NCBI GenBank assembly: GCA_947644195.1
Contig: CANRZB010000007.1
Location: 7,107 to 71,106, forward strand
DNA from: an uncultured Clostridium sp.
Lineage (GTDB): Bacteria; Bacillota; Clostridia; Lachnospirales; Lachnospiraceae
Direction of reading: 5' to 3'
Length of the DNA stretch: 64,000 bases
The notes under the pieces: model-generated
What the model saw: only the letters and a program-made list of their open reading frames with translations
The model's database searches: none
Told to the model about the DNA's origin: nothing
Program-made: the position numbers and the translations under genes
Shown: positions 10,192 to 18,406 of the stretch, one piece after another
How positions within the stretch are numbered: position 1 is the first letter of the stretch
Layout of the letters: each line of letters opens with the position of its first letter

Positions 10192-11298
10192 ATGGAGTTT
10201 GTTTTGGTGGTAATATTGGTTTGTCTGTTATATGGAATACAACACCGGTATTTCAGGAAACATTGGAACCGGGAACTGCATGTGGATCTGAACTTTCTGA
10301 GTAGGGGCATCAATGCGGGGGAGAACTGTAGGCTGGAGGAAGTGATTACCAATGGGAAACGTATGCCGTTGCCTGCATTACAGGTAAAATTCCGCACCGA
10401 TGCATCCTTTCGTTTTCATGAGGATGGAAATTCCGTCACGACGGATTATTATTACCGCCAGGATTTATTTTCGGTGGGAGGCAGGCAGAGGGTTACTTGC
10501 TGTCTGAAGTTTTGTGCCAGGCAGAGAGGTTTCTTTCAAATCACAGAGGTGGATATCCTGGTTAAAAATTTCTTTTTTACCGCACAATATTCTATCCGTC
10601 AGTCAAATGAAACGGCACTCTATGTCTACCCCTACAAACGGGATACCAAATCATTTGATTTTCTATATCGTCAGATGATGGGGGAGATCATTGCAAAGCG
10701 GAGAATAGAAGAAGATCCGTTTGCGTTTCGGGGAATCCGGGAGTATCACAGATCCGATCCGATGCGCCGAATTAATTGGAAAAGTTCTGCCAGAAATGGA
10801 TCTCTGCTGGTTAATAGTTTTGAATCCACAGCAACGCAGACCGTATGTGTCCTGTTAGATGGACAGACGCAGTCGGTCTATGCCCGGAAGAAGATGCAGG
10901 AGATGGGGATTTCTATGGCGTCTTCCATTGCAGGAAAGCTTCTGCAAACGGGAATACCCGTATCATTGTATTCCAATGCCAGGGATATTTTGACCGGGGA
11001 ACTGGTAAAGATAGAGCCGGGATCCCACCGCAGGCATCTGGAAACCATTGACCGGGGGCTGGCGCGTATTGATCTGGATCAGCCGATGGCGCCATTTGCG
11101 GAATTAATACATAATACCGTTGCCCTGGAAGATGATGGAAAATGTTATCTGATCGTTACCTCAGACGACAGGCCATCATTGCGGGAGGAATTTTTACGGC
11201 AGCGAAAGAATATGACAGAAATCTATGGGATGATTCTTTGCGAATCTATGGAACAGTGGGAACCATTCGAAGGGTTCTATCCATGGGAGGCAGAGTGA
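10192..11298 (+). CDS. DUF58 domain protein (MoxR partner)
   Basis: FRGIREYHRSDPMRRINWKSSAR DUF58 motif, N-terminal TM helix, directly downstream of MoxR. Confidence 0.85.
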   Translation: MEFVLVVILVCLLYGIQHRYFRKHWNRELHVDLNFLSRGINAGENCRLEEVITNGKRMPLPALQVKFRTDASFRFHEDGNSVTTDYYYRQDLFSVGGRQRVTCCLKFCARQRGFFQITEVDILVKNFFFTAQYSIRQSNETALYVYPYKRDTKSFDFLYRQMMGEIIAKRRIEEDPFAFRGIREYHRSDPMRRINWKSSARNGSLLVNSFESTATQTVCVLLDGQTQSVYARKKMQEMGISMASSIAGKLLQTGIPVSLYSNARDILTGELVKIEPGSHRRHLETIDRGLARIDLDQPMAPFAELIHNTVALEDDGKCYLIVTSDDRPSLREEFLRQRKNMTEIYGMILCESMEQWEPFEGFYPWEAE

Positions 11299-11366
11299 AA
11301 GCGCCAGGATGTTACTGACAGCGGATCCTAAGGTGGATTTGCCATGGAAAGAGGGAGGTGGAATGA

Positions 11367-12623
11367 TTGCAGCAGGGCAAGGGCAGAGATTATTATGAAG
11401 GAATCCATCTGTTACAGGATGTTTCCATCTGGATCCTCCACGGAGCGGCATGGCTTGGTGTGTACTTCTTTTTGGATAGATATATGCACGGAGAAACCCA
11501 GCTTTTGTTTGGAATATTCTGGATCTGCACGATTACATTGGCAGCCGTTTTGCTGCGGCATTTTTTTCATAAGCTGCCGTTTTTGCTGGCAGGACATGGT
11601 TTTCTTTACGGATTCGTATTGTTGTCTGCGCACGAAACCACCGATTTAAAAGAGGAGCGGGTAATCTTTTGTCTGCTATTGATAACGGGAGCTCTGCTGG
11701 GAAGTATTCAGAAATGGCGCTTGGGTTTTGGACATACTTATTATACGTTTCCGTGGTATCTGATCCCGGAAATCCTTATCTTATATTTCTATGGAATGTA
11801 TCAGTCTGATCCAGCATACCAGATGATGGCATTTGGTCTTTTGGCAGTTCTTGTGATGGGGCATTTTTGGTGCATGTATCTACAGGGAATGAATGATTAT
11901 CTGGATCAGAATAAAAAGTTAGAAGGGATCTCGGAGAGCAGAATTTTTCGGATTAATACCAAGGTGGTCTGTTCTCTGATGATCGGGATGTTACTTGTAA
12001 CTGTATTCGCAGGGATGGTCCAAATAGATCATTTTTCGGGACAGATGGGCGAATCCCTGGCCGCAGTGTTTCGGATGCTGCTTGTGGGATTACAGTCTCT
12101 GATCCGTGCGCTGCAATGGTGGAACCAGGGGAAAACCACGGAGCAGCCGGAGGAGATCGAAGCACCTTCTGCAACAAAGCTGCCGGAACCTTCCGGGGAA
12201 AGTGTGGACTCTGGTTATGCTGCCGTTGGATTGTTGTTAAGTCTCCTGGTGTTCTTCTATCTGGTATATCGTCTGGCAAAGGCTTTTGACGATAAGGATG
12301 ACCATGATTGGAAAAGACCAGATTATGGTAGAGACATTAGGACAGAGGATCAGGTTGAGAAGATCGTCGAAGAAGAGAGAAGACGTTTTCCTCTCTTTCG
12401 TACAAACCGCCAAAAGGTTCGTTACCTGTTTAAAAAGCGAGTGAAAAAGAATTTGAAAGGCCAGATTCCGGTGACTGATACCGCATGGGAACTGGCGGAA
12501 GAAATGAAAAGACGGGAAAAAGAAAATACTTCTGCGCTCCTTTCATTGACGCAGCTCTACGACGTGGCGAGGTATGGCAGCAGGGAAATTTCAGCAGAGG
12601 AGATCCGGCAGATCAGAAGATGA
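11367..12623 (+). CDS. Polytopic membrane protein, third gene of the MoxR-DUF58 operon (DUF4129-like C-terminus)
   Basis: About 8 hydrophobic segments. C-terminal TAWEL...LTQLYDVARYG resembles DUF4129. TTG start 8 nt after GGAGG. Confidence 0.65.
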   Translation: MQQGKGRDYYEGIHLLQDVSIWILHGAAWLGVYFFLDRYMHGETQLLFGIFWICTITLAAVLLRHFFHKLPFLLAGHGFLYGFVLLSAHETTDLKEERVIFCLLLITGALLGSIQKWRLGFGHTYYTFPWYLIPEILILYFYGMYQSDPAYQMMAFGLLAVLVMGHFWCMYLQGMNDYLDQNKKLEGISESRIFRINTKVVCSLMIGMLLVTVFAGMVQIDHFSGQMGESLAAVFRMLLVGLQSLIRALQWWNQGKTTEQPEEIEAPSATKLPEPSGESVDSGYAAVGLLLSLLVFFYLVYRLAKAFDDKDDHDWKRPDYGRDIRTEDQVEKIVEEERRRFPLFRTNRQKVRYLFKKRVKKNLKGQIPVTDTAWELAEEMKRREKENTSALLSLTQLYDVARYGSREISAEEIRQIRR

Positions 12624-12755
12624 GGAAGGAGACAATATGGTCGAGAAAGGGGGAGATACGATCATTTAGGACGAGAGATTTTAGGCATCAGTATTCAGCT
12701 TGATAGGATGATAGGAGGGGTTTCGATTCATTCTGTATAAAGGAGGGGCATATTC

Positions 12756-14585
12756 ATGAGAATTTTGAAACGACGGGTAATGTTTGGTAATTTGTTGATA
12801 TTCTTTCTGATCGTCTTTGTTGTAATGGGCCTAACCGCCTGCTCTGGAACGGGGGATCCCACCGCAAATCCGGTTGCCAGTGAGGCAAAATTGACGGAGA
12901 AAAAGGATGATGCAAAAGAAATGCGGAAACCACAGGAAACGCAAGAGCTTCAAGAGGTACAGGCAGCCAGTACGCTTACCCCAATAGAGCAAGCGCATAT
13001 TGATACAGGAAGATGTGGTAAAGATGCTGTATGGACATATGACGGAAATAACAGGATATTGTATATTACCGGTACAGGGATTGTGGATGGAATTATCAAT
13101 GATTCGCGAGGATTTCGTGAATTTAATGGATCAGATCAGATTAGGGTAAAAGAAATTCATATTGAGGAAGGGATTACGGCATTAGATGCCGGGCCCTTGT
13201 TTCTCAATGTTTATGCAGATGATTCAGAAGAATTGGGATCTGAAATGGAAGAGGTCAAACTTTTTTTGCCGGATTCTTTAGAAAAGATTGGTGCGGCTAC
13301 CTTTGATTACCGGGATCATCCATTAGGTATTCGGCATATCCATCTGCCATGTGGAGTGCGCTATTTGGATGGGGGTGCTTTTTGGGGAATGGGGGATGAT
13401 AAGATGGATTATTATGATGGAGAAGAAGATCGAGAAAAAAAGAAACTGAACATTACAGTTGACAGCAGTAATCCATTTTATACGGTGAAGGATGGTGTGC
13501 TTTTTACGAAAGATCAAAAGACACTTGTATATTATCCGTCAGAAAAAAGAGATTCCGTTTATCATATTCCTAAGTCAGTAACCAAAATCAAGCCGCTTGC
13601 CTTTGCCAGAAATTTTTATTTAGAAGAGGTTGTATTGCCGAGCGATCTTAAAGTGATTGGTGCGGGTGCTTTTTATAATAATAGCCTGCTTTCTAAAATT
13701 AACTTGGAACAGGCAGTTAAAATAAAGAGTATTCGTGATTTTGATGGGATAGAACATAAAATATACCGTGCTTCGACTGGAAAAGAAGCAGCCTGGGAAT
13801 CAGGATATGACGCGGACACAGAGTCTGGATATTGTGATTTTTCAGAGTGTATGCAAACGATCCATGGTTATTATCGTGATACCACTCAAGTTCGGAAAGA
13901 TGCCTATTTTCTGGGGACATTTGAAGGGACCAGGCTGGAATCTATTTCATTTTCAGATGAGTTAAAATATGTTTCTTATAATACCTTTAAGGGGTGTGCC
14001 GATCTAAAGAAGATTTCTATTGGAAAATCCTATGCCGGAGAAATTAATCCAGATAATATTTGTGACAGAAAGGGGTTTTCTTTATATAGTCTACCACCTT
14101 TGGAAATCCAGGTATCAGGGGAGAATCCGTATTATATCGTCAAGAATCACGTTCTTTACAGTAGGGATGGAAAGGTTGTTTATCGGGTTTTAAGCTCCTA
14201 TCAAAACGCTACACTTGTTTTGGATAAAAAAGTTCAGAAAATTGCTAGGGCGGCTATTACCGGGCATACTACACCCAAGATACTGCGGAAAGTGATCGTA
14301 TTAGGTGACTTGAAACAAATTTCCAAGGTAGCTTTTGCAGCCAGCAATATTGAAAGTTTTGAGGTGACTGGCAATGTGGATCGGATTGCGCCTGCGGCAT
14401 TTCATACCTGTAACAAATTGAAAAGGTTTATCTGCCATGGTTCCGTCAAACATATTGGTAAAGAGGCGTTTTGTTATGCTGAGAATTTGGAGAAACTATC
14501 TCTTGGAAAGAAAATTAAGTCTATTGGGAGGGACGCTTTTCAGGGGTGCAGATGGATAGAAAAGCCTCGTGTTAAGAAAAAATGA
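12756..14585 (+). CDS. BspA-type leucine-rich-repeat (LRR_5) lipoprotein
   Basis: Lipobox GLTAC after a hydrophobic stretch. Repeats such as LPDSLEKIGAATF, IPKSVTKIKPLAF, LPSDLKVIGAGAF. Confidence 0.85.
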   Translation: MRILKRRVMFGNLLIFFLIVFVVMGLTACSGTGDPTANPVASEAKLTEKKDDAKEMRKPQETQELQEVQAASTLTPIEQAHIDTGRCGKDAVWTYDGNNRILYITGTGIVDGIINDSRGFREFNGSDQIRVKEIHIEEGITALDAGPLFLNVYADDSEELGSEMEEVKLFLPDSLEKIGAATFDYRDHPLGIRHIHLPCGVRYLDGGAFWGMGDDKMDYYDGEEDREKKKLNITVDSSNPFYTVKDGVLFTKDQKTLVYYPSEKRDSVYHIPKSVTKIKPLAFARNFYLEEVVLPSDLKVIGAGAFYNNSLLSKINLEQAVKIKSIRDFDGIEHKIYRASTGKEAAWESGYDADTESGYCDFSECMQTIHGYYRDTTQVRKDAYFLGTFEGTRLESISFSDELKYVSYNTFKGCADLKKISIGKSYAGEINPDNICDRKGFSLYSLPPLEIQVSGENPYYIVKNHVLYSRDGKVVYRVLSSYQNATLVLDKKVQKIARAAITGHTTPKILRKVIVLGDLKQISKVAFAASNIESFEVTGNVDRIAPAAFHTCNKLKRFICHGSVKHIGKEAFCYAENLEKLSLGKKIKSIGRDAFQGCRWIEKPRVKKK

Positions 14586-14654
14586 AATTGGGATATCTAG
14601 CTCATAGACATATCCTGTAGCAATATATCGAAAATCAAAAAAGGAAATGCTGTT

Positions 14655-14703
14655 GCTCAGATGTCAAAGGAGGAAGGTAGCTCAGAAGTCAAAAGAGGAA
14701 GTC
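14655..14703. repeat. Two imperfect 25-bp tandem repeats upstream of the nadA promoter
   Basis: GCTCAGATGTCAAAGGAGGAAGGTA followed by GCTCAGAAGTCAAAAGAGGAAGTC. Confidence 0.7.
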
Positions 14704-14704
14704 G

Positions 14705-14734
14705 TTGACAAACGGGAATCGGGTAGCATATAAT
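14705..14734 (+). promoter_or_regulatory. Sigma-A promoter of nadA
   Basis: TTGACA-N18-TATAAT, about 45 bp before the start codon. Confidence 0.75.
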
Positions 14735-14779
14735 TCAGAGGTATGAGTAGGCGGAAACGGTACGAAAGGATGCGCAGAT

Positions 14780-15691
14780 ATGGAGGATAACATAAAAGAG
14801 GAGATCAGACGGTTAAAGAAAGAAAACGATGTAGTAATCCTGGCACATTATTATGTGGATGGCGAGGTACAGGCATTGGCAGATCTGGTAGGGGATTCCT
14901 ATTTTCTGGCAAAAAAAGCGACCGAAGTAACGGAAAAAAATATATTATTTTGTGGAGTTTCTTTTATGGGAGAGAGTGCCAAGATCCTAAATCCGGACAA
15001 GCGTGTCATTATGGCGGACGATACGGCGGATTGCCCTATGGCGCATATGCTGGATCTGGATCGTATTGCGGAGGTCAGACGGGAATACTCGGATGTTGCG
15101 GTAGTCTGTTATGTGAATTCTACGGCAGAAATTAAAGCGCATGCAGATGTATGTGTAACCAGTTCCAATGCGCTGCGAGTGGTACAGGCGTTGCCGAACC
15201 AGGATATTTTCTTTGTCCCGGACGAACATCTGGGACGTTATATTGCAGCAAAACTTCCAGAGAAGCATTTTATTTTTAACGATGGATTCTGCCATGTACA
15301 TACGGGAATTGATCCAGAAGCATTAAAGGCTGTGAAAGAACAGCATCCGCATGCTCCGGTTTTGACGCACCCGGAATGTACCGAGGAAGTGCTGGCGCTC
15401 TCGGATTTTATCGGGAGCACTTCGGAAATCTTGGATTTTGCGGAACAGTCTGAGGCGGAGGAGTTTGTGATCTGTACGGAAATAGGCGTGTTTTATGAAT
15501 TGGAATTACATAATCCAGGCAAGAAATTTTACTCGGTCGGTCAACATACCATGTGTCCGAATATGAAAAAAATTACGGTAGAAAAGGTCCTGCAGTCGCT
15601 GCGGACATTAGAGCCTGAGGTCAGGATGGAAGAAGATTTGAGGGTCCGTGCCAATGCGCCATTATCCAGAATGTTAGAACTGGCTAAGTAG
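14780..15691 (+). CDS. nadA: Quinolinate synthase
   Basis: ILAHYY, CGVSFMGE, ADCPMA, CYVNS, GFCHVH, THPEC and MCPNMK (Fe-S cysteines). Confidence 0.95.
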   Translation: MEDNIKEEIRRLKKENDVVILAHYYVDGEVQALADLVGDSYFLAKKATEVTEKNILFCGVSFMGESAKILNPDKRVIMADDTADCPMAHMLDLDRIAEVRREYSDVAVVCYVNSTAEIKAHADVCVTSSNALRVVQALPNQDIFFVPDEHLGRYIAAKLPEKHFIFNDGFCHVHTGIDPEALKAVKEQHPHAPVLTHPECTEEVLALSDFIGSTSEILDFAEQSEAEEFVICTEIGVFYELELHNPGKKFYSVGQHTMCPNMKKITVEKVLQSLRTLEPEVRMEEDLRVRANAPLSRMLELAK

Positions 15692-15759
15692 TGAAATTGG
15701 CAGAGTAATGAAGCTGGTAAAGCGATAGAATTGGCAGCGTAATGAAATTGGTGGAGTGA
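15675..15759 (+). repeat. Five degenerate 17-bp tandem repeats starting in the nadA 3' end
   Basis: TAGAACTGGCTAAGTAG / TGAAATTGGCAGAGTAA / TGAAGCTGGTAAAGCGA / TAGAATTGGCAGCGTAA / TGAAATTGGTGGAGTGA. Confidence 0.65.
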
Positions 15760-15761
15760 TG

Positions 15762-15929
15762 GATAAGAAAGAGTTTCGCTTTGCGAAACTCTTTCTTATC
15801 GAATAGGAAATTCCTCCTATTCGATAAAAAACACTCCGTGTGGATCGCACTCCGGCGGATGGGAATATGTTGCTTACAGCAACCCGCCGGAGGCGGAGAG
15901 TTTCGCTTTGCGAAACTCTTTCTTATTCT
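15762..15929. repeat. Compound palindromic (REP/BIME-like) intergenic element
   Basis: 18-bp perfect hairpin GATAAGAAAGAGTTTCGC-TTT-GCGAAACTCTTTCTTATC, a second hairpin TATCGAATAGG/CCTATTCGATA, a third CTCCGGCGG/CCGCCGGAG, then a second copy of GAGTTTCGCTTTGCGAAACTCTTTCTTAT. Confidence 0.8.
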
Positions 15930-15964
15930 TGCACTGTGCCATTAGGGAAGAATTGAGGTTTCGT

Positions 15965-17056
15965 ATGAGTGATAAAAAAACGGTAGTTGTGGGAATGTCA
16001 GGCGGCGTGGATTCCTCTGTGGCGGCGTATCTATTAAAGGAACAGGGGTATCATGTGATTGGTGTGACGATGCATACCTGGCAGGACAGGAAACAGGAGC
16101 ATGTAGATATGGGGGATGTCTGCTGTGGCAGCAGTGCGGTAGAAGACGCCAGTCGGGTGGCCGAAGTACTTGGGATTCCCTATTATGTAATGGATTTTAG
16201 AGAGGAATTTCAAACGCATGTGATTGATTATTTTGTCCGGGAATATCAGGAGGGGCGTACTCCGAATCCGTGTATTGCCTGTAATCGTTTTGTAAAATGG
16301 GAGGCACTGTTGCAGCGCAGCAGGGAGCTTGGGGCAGATTATATTGCCACAGGCCATTATGCTAGAATTCGAAGATTGAATTCGGGTAGATATGCGGTGG
16401 AACATTCTGTGACGGCTAAGAAAGATCAGACATATGCATTGTATAATCTTACACAGGAACAGTTGGCGAGGACCTTAATGCCGGTTGGGGAATACGAGAA
16501 GGATCGGATTCGGGAGCTGGCAGAAGAAGCGGGATTACCAGTGTACAAAAAATCGGACAGCATGGATATCTGTTTTGTGCCGGATGGAGATTATGCTTCC
16601 TACATTGAAAAAATGACGGGAACACCGTCAAAGCCCGGTAATTTTGTTGATACCCAGGGAAATGTTTTGGGAAAGCACCGGGGGATGATCCATTATACGG
16701 TAGGGCAGCGGAAAGGATTGGGACTGGCACTGGGATATCCGGCATTTGTTGTCAGGATAAAGCCGGAGACCAACGAGGTAGTGATTGGCACGTTGGAGGA
16801 TAATCTGTCCCAAAAAGTGTACATTCGCCAGGTCAACCGAATGGCAGTACCGGAATTTTCTGAGGATACCATGTATCTGGGAAAGATCCGCTATAATCAT
16901 GCCGGTTCTCCCTGTAGAGTTCGTCAGTTAGAGGAAGACTTTTATGAATGTACTTTCCCGGAACCGCAGAGAGGTGTGACGCCGGGACAGGCTTTGGTAT
17001 TATATGAACAGGGACTGGTAGCCGGGGGTGGAACGATTGTCAGAGAAATGTTGTAG
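15965..17056 (+). CDS. mnmA: tRNA-specific 2-thiouridylase
   Basis: GMSGGVDS, TPNPCIACN, ATGHYA, KDQTY, DSMDICF, HYTVGQRKGLG, TPGQ. Start corrected to MSDKK at 15965. Confidence 0.97.
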   Translation: MSDKKTVVVGMSGGVDSSVAAYLLKEQGYHVIGVTMHTWQDRKQEHVDMGDVCCGSSAVEDASRVAEVLGIPYYVMDFREEFQTHVIDYFVREYQEGRTPNPCIACNRFVKWEALLQRSRELGADYIATGHYARIRRLNSGRYAVEHSVTAKKDQTYALYNLTQEQLARTLMPVGEYEKDRIRELAEEAGLPVYKKSDSMDICFVPDGDYASYIEKMTGTPSKPGNFVDTQGNVLGKHRGMIHYTVGQRKGLGLALGYPAFVVRIKPETNEVVIGTLEDNLSQKVYIRQVNRMAVPEFSEDTMYLGKIRYNHAGSPCRVRQLEEDFYECTFPEPQRGVTPGQALVLYEQGLVAGGGTIVREML

Positions 17057-18137
17057 GGATAGGATAGCAGGGAATACGCAAACTACCGCGCAAGGGATAG
17101 CGTTGATAGACCAATTGGAGAGGGAACATTGCCTGAATCGGGAGGAAATGGCATATTTAATTGCTTCCCAATGCCCGGAATTGCAGGATTATGCTCAGAA
17201 GAAAGCCAGAGCGGTTTGCGATAGCCGATATGGAAAAAGAATATTTATCCGGGGACTGATTGAATTTACAAATTATTGCAGGAACGACTGTTATTATTGT
17301 GGAATTCGCAGAAGCAATGCCTGTGCAGAGCGCTATCGCTTGCAGGAGGAAGATATTTTAGCTTGTTGTCGGGAAGGGGAACGACTGGGTTTCCGTACCT
17401 TTGTCCTGCAGGGGGGCGAAGATCCTTACTACACCGATGAGCGTATGGTTTCTCTGATTCGGCAGATCCGGCAGGAGCACCCGGACTGTGCGATCACGTT
17501 ATCTCTGGGGGAACGGGAAAGAAGTAGTTATGAGCGGCTTTGGGAAGCTGGGGCTGACCGTTATCTGCTGCGTCATGAGACAGCTGTAGAATCTCATTAC
17601 CGAAAACTGCATCCTCAGGAATTGTCTTTGGAACATCGGAAGCAATGTCTGAGAGACTTAAAAGAGATTGGCTTCCAGACCGGATGTGGTTTTATGGTGG
17701 GCAGTCCAGGACAGACCGCAGAATATTTGGCGGAAGATTTTTGGTTTATTCACGAATTGCAGCCGGAAATGGTAGGGATCGGTCCCTTTATTCCGCATCA
17801 GGATACCCCGTTTGCCGGGGAGGAACCGGGAGGTTTGGAGCAGACCCTGTATCTGTTAAGTCTGTTGCGTATTCAGCAGCCGGATGTGTTATTGCCGTCT
17901 ACCACTGCACTGGCAACCATTCATCCGCAGGGACGGGAGAGGGGAATTTTGGCGGGTGCGAATGTAGTCATGCCAAATCTTTCCCCTATGGGAGTGCGGG
18001 AAAAGTATTTGCTGTACGATGGCAAGAAAAGTGTAGGAGGGGAGTCTGCAGAAGGTCTTAGTGAGTTAAAGAAACGGATGGAGAAGTTGGGATACCAGGT
18101 CGTGGTTGACAGGGGAGACCATTGTAGTTTAAGCTAG
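17028..18137 (+). CDS. hydE: [FeFe]-hydrogenase maturase HydE-like radical SAM protein (start uncertain)
   Basis: RGLIEFTNYCRNDCYYCG (CxxxCxxC), YLLRHET, GIGPFIPH, ANVVMPNLSP, YLLYDGK. Confidence 0.85.
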   Translation: MERLSEKCCRDRIAGNTQTTAQGIALIDQLEREHCLNREEMAYLIASQCPELQDYAQKKARAVCDSRYGKRIFIRGLIEFTNYCRNDCYYCGIRRSNACAERYRLQEEDILACCREGERLGFRTFVLQGGEDPYYTDERMVSLIRQIRQEHPDCAITLSLGERERSSYERLWEAGADRYLLRHETAVESHYRKLHPQELSLEHRKQCLRDLKEIGFQTGCGFMVGSPGQTAEYLAEDFWFIHELQPEMVGIGPFIPHQDTPFAGEEPGGLEQTLYLLSLLRIQQPDVLLPSTTALATIHPQGRERGILAGANVVMPNLSPMGVREKYLLYDGKKSVGGESAEGLSELKKRMEKLGYQVVVDRGDHCSLS

Positions 18138-18300
18138 TACAACGAATATTAAGTAATTGGCGGTTTGACTTGCCTGTTTTTCCGATAGCACGACTCCCCA
18201 AGCCTCGATGTAGCCACCGCTACACCTGTGTTTGTGAAGCCGCACTCTCAGAAAAACATTCTGTGTCAAACTATCCAAAACTTAATTTTCGTTGTACTAG
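18134..18300. mobile_element. 167-bp MITE-like element, copy 1
   Basis: Terminal inverted repeats CTAGTACAACGAA / TTCGTTGTACTAG (20 of 21 bp match when extended). Near-identical copy at 56802-56968. No ORF. Confidence 0.75.
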
Positions 18301-18348
18301 TACAGCATAAATGAATTCCTTTCAGGAATTTAATATCTGCTGTACTAG
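18297..18348. mobile_element. 52-bp mini inverted-repeat element sharing a CTAG with the MITE
   Basis: CTAGTACAGCA ... TGCTGTACTAG with an internal AATTCCT/AGGAATT hairpin. Confidence 0.55.
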
Positions 18349-18406
18349 GAAACGCAACGGTCAATTGATTAGTATGTCATTATGTTGGGGCAAAAACAGA
18401 TAGGAG

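Noticed and set aside
15675-15929. Possible CRISPR array
   Set aside because: The 17-mers are contiguous with no unique spacers, the hairpin copies are irregular, and no cas genes are present.
17028-18137. hydE without hydF/hydG as a sign of a novel radical-SAM role
   Set aside because: Split maturase loci are common in clostridia and the HydE motifs are intact; the rest of the genome cannot be seen.
18349-18406. SAM riboswitch or T-box before metY; lysine riboswitch before lysA or lysC
   Set aside because: The leaders are too short and lack the conserved motifs.
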